Part shown: one piece after another, positions 51,801 to 64,000 of the stretch
How the letters are laid out: every line of letters starts with the position of its first letter
Numbering within the stretch: the first letter of the stretch is position 1
Assembly: GCA_016748015.1 (NCBI GenBank)
Contig: JAAOMT010000222.1
Location: forward strand, 313,924-377,923
Direction of reading: 5' to 3'
Origin: Geosiphon pyriformis uo1
Taxonomy: Eukaryota > Fungi > Glomeromycota
DNA: 64,000 nt
The notes under the pieces: model-generated
What the model saw: the letters and a program-made list of their open reading frames with translations, nothing else
Database searches by the model: none
What the model was told of the DNA's origin: nothing
Translations under genes and position numbers: made by a program

Positions 51801-53749
51801 GCTAACAGAAATATAGTTTTACAAACAGCATTCTATATTACATTTAGATTCAAAAACCCATTAGATACTATAAACTCATCAGAAAATATGGCAGCATTAG
51901 CCATTATTGTTTCCTTAAACTTGGCCCACTTAGTATCATCAGTATTTTTGAAATTGAACTTCCAATAATCTTTATTCATTTGCTTATGAAAAGAGTTTAA
52001 CTGCATATTCAATAAACCACCCAAATCTACTAACACAAAAACAGTTTAGTAATCAGTATCAAAGTGTTTACTAATATTGAAAACATTGTGATCCACTATT
52101 GTATTAACCAAATTTGAAGAAACAAATACATAATCAATTGTTCTCTCAGTATTTTTTGAATTTTTTTATGTAAAATTTCTTACAACCAAACTTCTCAACA
52201 AATAATTGATTAACTCTATATCAAAACATTTCTTAAAACTAGCACACTTGTGTATACTGTTCTTATTAAAATCTTTACCCAAAATAACAAAGAACTTATT
52301 TACAGCTTTTGCAATCAAAGAGTTGACTTTATTAGCTTGAAACAAATATACAGTCAGAATAACACTAATATAAAGCCCCAAAATTAAAACAGACAACTTA
52401 TTCCTAAAAAGCAGTTTAATAGACAAAAGCCTATCAGCAATTTTCGAAATCTTACACACATGCTTTGCCAAATTAATGTTTATAATTACTATAATACCAA
52501 AGCCCAGGTGATTAGACTTTAAACCAGAAGTGAATACTTGAATACCATCAAATTTATTTATAATCTATGGATAAATCTTACCTTTTAATTTTGTTTCAAT
52601 AACAATGAAAACCAAATTGTTCATTTTTTTATGCCAATAGATAACATTCTTTTGCTTAACAAGATTGTTTATACTTTTAACATTATATGTAACTACCTTT
52701 CAAATGAGATTAGTCATTGAGAGAAATAAGTGCTAAAGTTCAAACTAGTATTGTTTACTTTGGCCAAAAGACTCATAACTGTATTTAACAAATTGTTTAA
52801 AGTTTTTTTCAATTTAGAAATAACTAAAGAACTAAAACTTATTACTTCTATAATAGTTTTGATACTAGTAATTACACTCAAACTTTTTTTATATATGTTT
52901 GTAATTTTATAAAAAAACATATTATAATACTTTTTTTTGATATAATCTGGTATTTATTGTTATTACCAGTTGATATTTACTATTATTACAAATTAATACT
53001 TATTATTATTATAAAATAGTACTTGCTATTATATTAATTATTATCTTTTTAAAATTATTATTGTATTATATTATGATTAAATAATTTATATTATTTTATA
53101 ATTTTTTTATTAAATTTTTAAATTATAATAATATAAATTATATTTATTAATTGATATATATTATTAAATAATAATTAAATTTTACTTATTAAATAAATAA
53201 ATAAATTATTATATAATTTATATTTAATATATAATAATAAAACTATATAAAAACATTAATAAGTAAATTATACTATTAACAAGAAAAATAATTTATTAAA
53301 TAAATACAAATTAATATTTAATTATATTATTTTAATATAAATTATTAAAGCAAAAAAATTGTTTTTTAACACAATTTTTTTGTTAATTTAAAATATTATA
53401 AAAATTAAAACAACAATTTTTATTTTAAAACAATTATAATCTTTAATAATATTTTATTAAAAAGTTATTATTAATTATTAAATTAAGTTGACTTTTTTTG
53501 ATTTAGTATTTGATTTATAAAAATTAAGTTTAAGTTATAAATATTTTAATCTAAAATTAATGTTAATTAAAATTTTATAACTTGACTTAATTTACTAAAT
53601 TTTATATATATATAAATTAAATTTTAAATAAGTTTTTTTTTAACTTAAAAAATAACAAATAATTAAAATAATATATTTGTTTCTAAAAAAATATATTTAA
53701 TAGTAATATCAAAATAAATACTATAATTATTAAAAAAAAAACATGTATT

Positions 53750-53942
53750 TAAAATTTTTATAAGCAATTTAATAAAAAAATTAAATATAGTTTTTATAAA
53801 TAAGTATTTTCAATTATAATAATATGGTTTTATTAATTAATTATTGTTTATTTAGTTTATTTATTAATATGTTTTTAATAACTAAAATATAAAATAATAC
53901 TATCTTATTAATAAGAATAAAAATTTTACCAATAAAATTTTT
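53750..53942. repeat. ~190-bp AT-rich dispersed repeat, direct copy at ~59190-59393
   Basis: Shared text such as TAAGTATTTT..ATTATAA...TTTTTAATAAC(T/C)AAAATATAAAATAA...AAAATTTTACCAATAAAATTTTT. Confidence 0.7.
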
Positions 53943-54346
53943 AATAGAACTACTATATATTTTATTAATTTAAATTTAAATATTAATGTTTGAGTTTTCA
54001 AATTGATATTATTAATATTTATTGAATTATTTTATATGTAACAAATAATAAATTAAATTAAATTATAAACTATTAAACTTAACTTAAATATAAATTAAAC
54101 CAAAATTCAAATTAATTCAACTTATTAAAAATCTTAAAAAAAAACATAATATTACAATAAAAATTATTTTTATAATTTTATTAATTAATATATATTATTA
54201 TTTTAATTTATTATTTATTATTTTAACAAGTTATTAAATATTTTTATTTAAATTTATATAATATACAAATATAATTAAAGATAATAATTATACTATACAA
54301 TACTTTAAACTATATAATATTTTAAAATTTTATAAAATATATATAT

Positions 54347-57300
54347 TTTTTTATTAAAGCTTTACAAATAAAGTCCAAATGCTATTTAGTGTTATATATC
54401 AAACAAATAATCTAAACTAGATGCAAATTATGTTTTTTCTATATGTGACCAGTTATTTGGATTGATCAAAACAACACTAAGCAATTATGTGAACTGAAAC
54501 CATATTAATAATACCTAAAAAAAATAAGTAAAACCTATAAAAACCAAAACAGATACTAAATGTCTTAGCAACTCCAAGCAACTTAATAACACCAACAAAA
54601 AACCCTAAAAAAAGCCCAGAAATTAAAATAAGAGCCAAACCATCAAGTGGAATCAGTCTATGCTTCTCTATAAAAGCATGATGCTTAATACAAACTAATC
54701 AGATATCATTCCTAAAAGTAAGACAAAGAATATGCAAAAATTCCATGATCTTTTGACTCACAACTTTGGAATCACAAAAGACAGAAATAGCTTCATGGAT
54801 CCAACTCTCAAAAACAAAACCCTTACAAAGAGCCATATACACAGAGACATTAAATACACAAGATAATAAAAGCTAAGACACATACAAAAAAGAGCAAAGA
54901 AAACCAAAAAGCATCTCCCAATAAGCTACATGGTCATTCAATAATTGATGATGAACAAAACTGTTAGCTCTACAAAAGAACACATGATCCGAGACCTTTA
55001 CATCATCACAGTACAAATACAATACACTTGGATAATATTTATTATACAAACACTTCTGAACAGCAATAGGCAAGTGATAATATAGAGCCTTTATAAAATA
55101 GGTGTGTATACCAACAAAGAGTTTGATTGTGAAACCTGTAGTTATGTGCAGATTAGAATGTTACACCAAAAAAAAATTGAGCCAGTTAATGTCTAAAAGC
55201 AAATTACCCACTAGGATTCTAGAACCAAAACCAATCTCCCAGTATACACAATAAACAGATTTAAAAACATTATGAATAAAATGTCTGGAGTTATTAGAAA
55301 CAATATTACTATTAGCTACAATACAGTGTCCTCTTAAGCAGAGGGGAAAGTACCAATTAAAAAAAAAAGTAGTAATAGCAAAAGCATTAGCACATTCATT
55401 CCCTAAAACACTTGAGTAATCTTTTACCTTGTGCTATTCAACCCTCAAATTTTTGCTGTGAATAATGTTCACAATGTATTAACATTCTATCCAATACTAA
55501 TTATGAAAATTTGGGTACACCAAATACAATTCCAACTTGTATGTATCCAAAGCAGTTTAACTATCAGAAAACAAATAAACTGAGCTAAAAAGAGGGACAC
55601 ATTCAAAAGCCAATGCAATAATCTGTAATTCTATCAAAGTAAAAGACATCAAACTAAAAACTTCAACACCCAAACCCAAGTTAATGTCATTAAAAAAAAC
55701 TGCAGTGTCAGCTCTTCTGTCAACAATATCCAAGTCTTTAAAAGATCCATCCATATATACAAACAAACTACCAGCATCAACACAAAACAATAGACTACCA
55801 ATCAACTTAAACTTATAAGACTTAAAAATATTTGAAGAACTAATACCACCTTCAAAAAAAAAAGACAAGTAAAAAAAAAAGTTGTGTTTTTGAGAAAGGC
55901 AACAGAAAGATTGAACTATTTAGAGACAGGGCCATAAGGATCCAGTCTTTTCTATTATCTAAAAGTTTTCCAAACAAAAATATCACCATAACAGTCATAA
56001 AACTAATTCACAAAGACAATACCATAATGTTGAAGTGAAAAAAAAAGCTTGAAAAAGTTAGGCTTACTAAGAATAGTTAACATGGGTACTCTACTCTAAA
56101 AATGAAAAACATTGTACATAAGACCACCCAGAGACAAATTGTAATCAAGAAAGATACAGATTACATCTGCTAAAAAGTTATTAGAAAGATTAACTCGAGT
56201 ACAAACCAGAGAACTCAAAGAGTGAATGGGGTGCCAACACAAAACTTGCAAATTATGAGACCTGTGAGAAAATAAATAACCCAATACATTACTAAAGTTT
56301 GCAAAATTCATAAACAATGCCAATTTACACTCAGATTGAATCTGCTTAAAAGTCTTCAAACCATAAAAGAAAGAGTAATAGATAATATCACTTGAGAAAT
56401 CAAAAAATAGACCAGATTTTAATTTTAGGCTTTTATGAATCAAGACATTCTACTTATTACACACACCAATAAAAATGAAGCTGAATTGCATTTTGTAGCT
56501 AACAATAAAATGGAAAATAGCTAACACCAAATATAAAAACTGCTTATTTGAGATGGTTTTTTTTAGCACAAGGTTGGTAAAAAAATAAAGATCAAAGTGT
56601 GTCTTGGCTAAGCTAGGCTTTAAGAGATCTTCAGTTAACAGAAAAATACCTAAATAATAATGAAATTCCTCTTTTTTGACAACAAAAATAGACAAGTCAC
56701 TAATAAACAAAGTAGGCTTGATGACTTTGCAATTAATAGGGATAACTACAGTCTTGTCAGTATTGATTGAGATGTTATTGATCCAAAAAAACTCACTGGT
56801 AATATTAAGGATATATTGTATAGTACTTTGACTGCTATTAATCCAAATAGTGTCATCAACAAAAGCATTAGCAGTGAAAAAAAAAGACAATCCAGTTCTA
56901 GATTCTGTGCGACCATTTTTTGAAATAAAATGAGAATTTAATCTATATTCATATACACTCTTCTGTTTCTTGACTTCACAAAAAAAAGAATCATAAAATA
57001 TGTGCCAGAGAAAAGATAAGAAGATCTTTCCCTAATTTAAACTATCATGCACATAATAACCACCTGTTAAACCAAAGTTAGTCATAACTTAGTTAATGCA
57101 GTTATCATAAATACTACCAAAAAAATGAATAAACCTGCTACATATTTTAATTCTAATTAAGTTTTTTTTAAAATGCTCTTAATTAACAGAATCATAAGCT
57201 TTTTGCATGTTTTACAAAACCAGTCAGAGTTTATAGTTCTTTTTCAAAGCATTTTCTATTACAGAGCCAACCACAAAAATGAGAAATTAAGTAGTAGTAC

Positions 57301-58680
57301 TTTTTAAAACTGAAAAATTGTTCTTATGAAAAACATTAAAAGTGTTGCATGCTAACAAAATTCTATTGGACAGAATCTTAAAAAAAATCTTATAAGCAGT
57401 TTTTATTAAAATAACAGAACAAGTATTTGTAAAAACACTTTTCTATTTATATGACTTGGTGATTATTAAGACCCAAGCCTCTTTCCAAGAATTAGACATT
57501 AATTCACAAGACAAACAAGTATTTAAAAGCACCAAAAGTATATTTAAAACTAAATTGTCACAGTATTTTCAAAGCTTATTTAAGATACCAAAAAAACCAA
57601 TGACTTTGCCATTAGGCAGATTGGAAATTACACAAAACAATTTATTAAAGCCAATGGAACACATCACATCTGAAAAAGCATCATTAAAAACATGTTTTAA
57701 CAGTTGGTATTAACAAGACCACTTGCTAAAGATATTAGAAACTATTACACATTTTTTAGTCTACTTCTCTATGATCTTATCTATTTTGGTCTTAATTAAA
57801 TCAGGTTTCAGAATCAATTTATTATTAATGACTAGATGATCCAATTTCATTTTACAGAAAAAACATTCCAAAACACTTCTAATAGTATGATTTTTATCAG
57901 AAGCAAAACTTTTCATCCATCTATTAATAATAGACTTAATACTTAATTTTTTCATTTTTAAGGATTCAGCAAGATTGAAAGCATGATAAGACTTCCTTAT
58001 GCCAAAAAAAGTAAATCTCATACAATTGAAACTCACACCAAATTTCAATAAAACCTGAATAGTCAAAGTCTTATCAAAGTTCAAAACCACTTAGTTGTTC
58101 ATCAAAAATGTAAACCTATCATTGTTTTCCTTATGAGAAGTCTTAACAATTCTTGAAATCAAAAGTTCTAGTCTGTGAAATTTAAAAGAGTTTTTGGTGA
58201 AGATACTATCAAAGCTCTTAAACCATTTTTTCTTAAATATATCTTCAACTGAAAAAACCATTACTTTGTGAATAACATCTTACATAGCATTCAAATTTAA
58301 AAACTTACTAAAAAATATAAACTTATCAGAGAACAAAGTCATGTTAGCCACTATAGTATTCTTAAAATTAGCTTATTTTGCCTTATTAGTGTTTTTAATA
58401 TCAAATTTCTAATGGTCTTTATTAGTCTGTTTATGCAAAAAATTCAGATGTATATCTAACAAGCCACCTAAACTAACAGAAACAGAAACAGCTTGGTGAT
58501 CTGAGTCAAAGTAATTACTAACATCTTTAATCTTACAATTCACTATTGCATTAACTAAATTTGAAGAAACAAATACATAATCAATTATTCTAAACACATT
58601 TTTGGAGTTTTTTCATGTAAACAAATTTGCAAGTAAACTCCTGACCAACAAATTAACCAGCTCCAAATCAAAAATATTTA
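54347..58680 (-). mobile_element. LINE-type element L3, 5'-truncated within APE
   Basis: IDYVFV...DSDHQAV (APE end), AFVDD (~56852-56866), VYMDGS...LFSDS (RNase H), VLYLYC...DHVFFC, A-rich 3' tail. Confidence 0.92.
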
Positions 58681-58689
58681 ACAGTATAT

Positions 58690-59393
58690 TAAATTAATTA
58701 ATAATTTATAAAAATAACTTGTAATTTATCAAAATATATCTTTAATTTACCAAAATATTAGTAAAAAAAAGTAATAAATTATAAAATAGTATTATAACAA
58801 ATTGTATAAAAAAAAACTTTTTCTTTAAAAAAATATATTTTAATTTAAAACAATCAATTAATTATAACATATTAATTAATAAAATTTATTTTATTTTTAT
58901 TTTTTTTATATTATTGAATAGTTTATAATTAAGGTTTTTTGTAAAAAACTTGACTTTTACAGCAAAATAATTACATATTATTAAAGAACTTATAGACAAA
59001 AAATTTTATAAAAGAATTAATTTTTATTATAAATTTAATAGCACAAATAATTCAAAGTATAAAAAAATACTTTGAAAATAAATTAGTTTATTAAAAATTT
59101 ATTAGTTTTTATTAACAATAGAATTAACAGCAAAATAACATTTACAACATTTTAGAAAAAAATTAAAACCTTTAATAACAATAAATTTGGAATTTTATAA
59201 ACAATTTAGCAATAAAAAAACTAAATATATATTTTATAAGTAAGTATTTTAATTATAAAAATATGTTTTTGTTAATTATTTATTATTTGTTTAACCTATT
59301 TATTAATAAGTTTTTTAATAACCAAAATATAAAATAAAATAGGTTTAGCACTATTTTATTAATAAAAATAAAAATTTTACCAATAAAATTTTT
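58690..59393. repeat. Composite AT-rich repeat block (copies of 14740-15440 inverted and 53750-53942 direct)
   Basis: Visual alignments as described for the partner copies. Confidence 0.65.
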
Positions 59394-60689
59394 ACACGTG
59401 ACAAATAATAAGTCGAGTTGGATTATAGGCTACTAAATTCGACTTGATTTCTTAAAAATAAAAATTTTCTAAGTCGACTTGTTATCAAATATATTTTAAA
59501 TGCTTTAATAGTAAAAAATCAAATTGGATTATGTCAAATTTATATTTTAGTTAATGTTTAGTTTTATTAATTTTAAGTTGGCTTTTTAAAACTGTTTTAT
59601 GTAAAGTTTGTATTTCAAAAATTCTTAAATGCTGTCACAAAAGTTAAACTTGCTGATTCAATCTTTTTGACCACACTTAAATTGTTGTGAATTCTGATTC
59701 TATTTAATTTTTTTGGAATTGGACTTTGCAACGTTTTAATTGGCTTAACAGTTAATAATAATAAATTATAATACATTAGAATATTTTGTGCTTTAAACCC
59801 TAATTAGTGAAAATAACACCACACTTTTTATTTAACCTTTACTTGGTGACGATCTGAGATACCCCATTAATCTTACTGCCGAAAGCGTTGACCAAAATCA
59901 ACCTTAAAATTGATCTTGAAATACTACCAGGAGCAATGGAACAAATCGCTTCCAGATCATCATTGAACTTAATTACTTTACAGGGCTTTCTTTTGACGAG
60001 TCAGGCCTTGCTTAAATTGGAAATTCATGATCTTGGCTGAATTAAGAATCATTGCCAAAAGATGTAGTTCCAGGATTTTCATCCTTACCATCAGATTTCT
60101 TTTTCTCCTGATTTCGCTTTTCGGAAATGAATTGTAACTTCAATTTATCTTGTTCCTCTTGTGTTGTACTTGGAATTTCAACAAAATAGGGAATGATATT
60201 GAAACACATTAATTGAATGCAATTGAACAGAGACAATTCAATAATATGATGACTTACTATTGCTTCAAACATGAATTCATCAATTTTTGTTGTCGCCTAC
60301 ATGCCCATGCAACCGATACAAGCCTTTGAAAGCTACAATCCACAAATTCTATTAAAATTGGGTGGATTAGGAGATGTTTATTACATGAGATTGATTAATT
60401 TTTGACATGCTGGAAATTTAAATATAATTTTTTTTAATAAAAAATTCGTTTACCCTGAATTTCAGGCGTACATCGTCGACGTGCGTTGCTTTTCAGTTTT
60501 TCAAGGATTTGTTGCTCTTCCTTCCGTGTTAAAACGTTCATAATTACAATGATAAATTGATAGAAATTTTCAAGTATAAGTTCAAGGTAAAAGTTTATTG
60601 GAATGTAAAAAAATTTTATTATTAATTTGGATATTCTAAGGAATGAATGATGTCAACATTTCTATTTAACATATTTAATTTTGATAATT

Positions 60690-63600
60690 TCAATCTGCGA
60701 TATTCCATTTGGAGAACCATTTCCGACTTTTCATTTCACTCGATGGGTAATCCATTCCAAATGCGATATCCTTGAAGTACCAAAATACAACGATTACTAA
60801 AACATATGCAAAACCAAATATGGCATTTCGTGTATTGCGGTTGAACGCGCTAGTAAAATGATCAAAGATAAATCCCACCAAGAGAATAGAGAAATACAAT
60901 GCTGGGAAATAATGATGAAGATAGGTCACACGACCCATTATGAAAAACGGAATATAATGAAGGAGCCAACCAAGGACACAAATTTTTCCAATATACAAAA
61001 AATGATTCCAGCGGGCTAACACGGAAGCCGGATATTGAGCGTATGTTAGATATATTACATGAGCAAAATCTCCATAAAAACTAGACGAAAGAGATGAACT
61101 CACCTGGGCTCGCGAAATCTTGGTATTGTCTTTGTCTTCTCACGAGATACCAGCCCAGGACAATTACATAAAGAGCCAAAGAAAGAGTTCCCGACCACCA
61201 AACAACAGGATTTCCTAGTAAGAAATACTTGACTACATCATCCGCCCAACTACACATTCTTAGTCCAACCTCTAAAATTGGCCATTGCCCTGGAGTAGAT
61301 GCCAAGTTGTCTTCTTTGTCAGGATCAGGAACTAGTGCATTATTGGACGTATACATGGCGACGTTCAAATGCCAAAAATCATGAAGAAATTTTGATCTAT
61401 ATTTGGCTCTGGGAGCAGGCGGCACTAGTAATAATTTGAATTATTTGTATTGATTTGATTAATAAATATTATCAAATATTTTTAAAATTTAATACGTTAC
61501 ATTTATCATTCCAATGTCTCTCAATGTTCCAATGAGTATAGGCATCTCTGGTATTATTTGTCTTGTCACATGTAACCTCTACTTGTTTGAATCCCCATTG
61601 AGGTAATACAACGTTTGCTGCCCGAAGATAACAACCAAGAGGTTGATGTCGAAACCGAATACGACTTGTCAAGGAATGAACATGTTGAATATCTTTTTCG
61701 TGTACATCATCTAGTACCTCTACCACCCAGTAATCGTTATAATCACCGATCGTTTCGTTGCCATAACAACTTACTTCCCATTGGGATTTAGTTATTGGTG
61801 CAGCAACTGGATGACTGTGAAGATTACGCCCAGTTTGTACGTGAAGCAATCTAATAGAGTCACCATTTTTCACAAATTCAATCTCATCTTCTTCAGACCA
61901 TTTAATTTCTCGTGGCTTTTTCACAAACCACTCATTATTGTTATCTTTATGGTGGTAACAAGTGACTTGTTGTTGCTCAGATCCGGTTGGAAATGTTTGG
62001 ACGTGAGAATGCAAGAGGCCACCACCGTACCCCATATTTTTTAAGGTGATTTTAGAACCATAAGCCAATTCTAGAATAATTAGAATACATACATGCTTGT
62101 AAGTTGTTTAGGAGGATAAAATTGAGTAAAAAGTAATGGATAAGTACTTAGAGGATTTTGATCAAAGTCATTTCCATTTAAACTAGCCTGGAATAGGGAA
62201 CTCATTTGAGCATCACCCGGGCCACTATTAGAAAGAATTGCAAAATGAATTACAAAGCTCAATATATAGAGAGTGATAGGTAGAATAATCAAACATCCAA
62301 TTCTGGCGACCCAATGTTGTAGGTAGACAATCTATTGAAAGAAAATTTGAATATTGAGCGCTAGAGAGCATAAAATGAGGTTGAATAGAAAAAAATCTCA
62401 ACCTTGGGTATGGTTAAATCCCCAAACTTTTCCCACAGATCCTCAATGGTGTAAAAACCAACCAAAGCGGTTACAAATAGCCCAACCCACTTTACGCTGC
62501 ATTCAAATAAGGTTAACATTTAATCAAACATATTGGATTTAAGTAAGGTAAAATTAGTTGGTTACCTGGACACACATCCGATAGATATCCCCGTCAATGA
62601 CAACCATGTCCACCAATCTATGGAAAATGGACTAAAACCCTATTATTTGGATATCACTTTTGAACTGATTGATCATCTGCAAGCACTTACTTATTACGTT
62701 CATTATGAAACTTTGTCAGGCAGTATACGGTGGTTAAGGTAAAAAACAAGAGCATCGAGTCAAGGAGAATAAAGCGACTGATGGCAATATATGCGGTGTC
62801 TACAAGAATTTGGCTGTAGCTTTGAGTAAAGAGGAACTTCACACGTCACTAATTAGAAGTATGAGATATGAAAAGATATTCAAATAATCTCTTACCTAGT
62901 AAAACCATCAAAGCCACAAGGGCAACTGCATGTTGGGAATAATCAAGTTCGATAGCAGTGAAATAGGCAAGCGGAGTCATCCACGCACCAAAAGATGCGA
63001 GGAAAAGCCGCATAACAAAATAATTAACATTTTCAGGATATGGGTCTCCCGATTTGAAATCGAAAGATCCATCATATCCGCTAAGCAATCCCGCTAATCC
63101 GACCAACATTTTTCCAAGAGGTGGATGCACATCGAAATAAAATTCACGCTTTAGATAATGAGAGCCGAACTATATGGTAATGAATGAGCGAAATAGAAGT
63201 TTCATGAGCAGCTAATTCACATCACCTCTTATAAAATTCCTTTCCTAGTTGAATTATTCCAATTAATAAGGTAAAGTGAATTATATACATACCTTTCCAA
63301 AATGGGCCTTAAGATTTTAATGAATAGAAAATCAATGTTAACCAAAATTTCCTACTTTAAGATAAAATTGAACCATTTACGGACATAAATCGAAAGGCAT
63401 ATTGTCTAAAAAATGATCTTGACATAAATCTCAATTGAATAATTTTCATATTGAAGGCATAATTAATGTCTTTGACCAGTATGCATGGTGTCGAAATTTT
63501 CGAATAAAACAAATGATCGACCTGATGGCTTGTAAAACAATATTAATGATTTCGAGAGCTAATCTTGTAGGTTTTGAAAAGGCAGTCAGATTAAAGTGGG

Positions 63601-64000
63601 GATTTGGAAACTTTCTGTAGAAAAGTAAGTCACCAAGTTTTCAAATTTTTGCCAATGCAATTTTGCCTTTCGACCTATGTTGAGTTTGTAAAAAGTGACA
63701 GTACCTCATCCCAGACAACTAATTTGGAAAGAGAAATCAGATAAAAACGCGTCCAAAAGGACAATATTGTAAAACCGAAAGGTATAAGGAAATCTTGATA
63801 GTCATGCCAAAAAGCTAGAAGCTTAAAAGTAAAAAGGGTTTAAGAGTTGGTCTTAGTGTATGGTTGCGTGGATTGCCCAATGCTTCTGGAAGCACTACCT
63901 TTTTAGAAGTAATTTTATCTGGTTTATATTCTTTTGAGTTCTCATCGTTATCGAGCGGCTCGGTGGAGGGAAGTGGTTCATAGTCTGACGCAGGCGGTTT
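60690..64000 (-). CDS. PMT2: Dolichyl-phosphate-mannose:protein O-mannosyltransferase, PMT2 subfamily; 5' end beyond window. Predicted exons: >64000-63899, 63821-63705, 63307-63293, 63169-62896, 62799-62691, 62631-62566, 62496-62403, 62331-62148, 62070-61501, 61424-61104, 61015-60690
   Basis: Spliced VWDE|AHFGK|[22 protein letters not shown] (PMT2-type signature), [25 protein letters not shown] repeats ([19 protein letters not shown]), [28 protein letters not shown] introns keep the frame. First intron boundary least certain. Confidence 0.93.

Larger units (their letters stand above)
44930..52920 (-). mobile_element. LINE-type element L2 (ORF1 C-terminus, ORF2 APE-RT-RNaseH-CCHC, TAA/A-rich tail), interrupted by two family-A LTR insertions
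   Basis: ORF2 starts at 52717 (MTNLI.KVVTYNV). ILGKDFN and IDYVFV (APE), TNIRPIALI (RT), VYTDGS (RNase H), CLYC...DHVFFC. Confidence 0.9.

Noticed and set aside
52920-54340. Extremely AT-rich tracts (also 44010-44930) as centromere or origin
   Set aside because: No diagnostic motif. More simply end-stage eroded TE sequence, given the decay gradient seen elsewhere.
59793-59803. AACCCTAA telomere-like motif
   Set aside because: Single unit, expected by chance.
61781-63620. Plus-strand ORFs overlapping PMT2, and the many short antisense ORFs over TE pol genes
   Set aside because: Shadow frames of real coding sequence or introns, with no independent motifs.

Overview
Eukaryotic, very AT-rich fungal DNA. 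The short GT-AG introns with CTRAY branch points and a PMT2-type gene fit an early-diverging fungus, and the transposon proteins look Glomeromycotina-like (impression only, not a search result). About 59 kb of the 64 kb is a nest of decayed retrotransposons. There are two distinct Ty3/gypsy LTR families. Family A has ~0.83-0.97 kb LTRs and a dUTPase in pol; family B has ~0.65-0.77 kb LTRs. There are also three minus-strand LINE-type elements (APE-RT-RNase H-CCHC) and unclassified AT-rich repeats. Junction 4-mers resolve the nesting: LINE > B2(+) > B3(-) > B4(+), and A-relic > B1 > A1. No TE copy is intact. The only clear host gene is a multi-exon protein O-mannosyltransferase (PMT2 subfamily) on the minus strand at 60690->64000, with its 5' end outside the window. 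The best candidate for undescribed biology is an extra, non-envelope ORF3 between integrase and the 3' LTR in both gypsy families, which is conserved at the protein level and shares a motif pattern across families. Other notable points are a Cys-rich plus dUTPase insert between protease and RT, an elongator-tRNA-Met-type PBS, 4-bp ATAT-like target sites, a shared cis motif before the PPT, and transition-dominated (C>T/G>A, not CpG-restricted) RIP-like erosion of the repeats that stops abruptly before the host gene.
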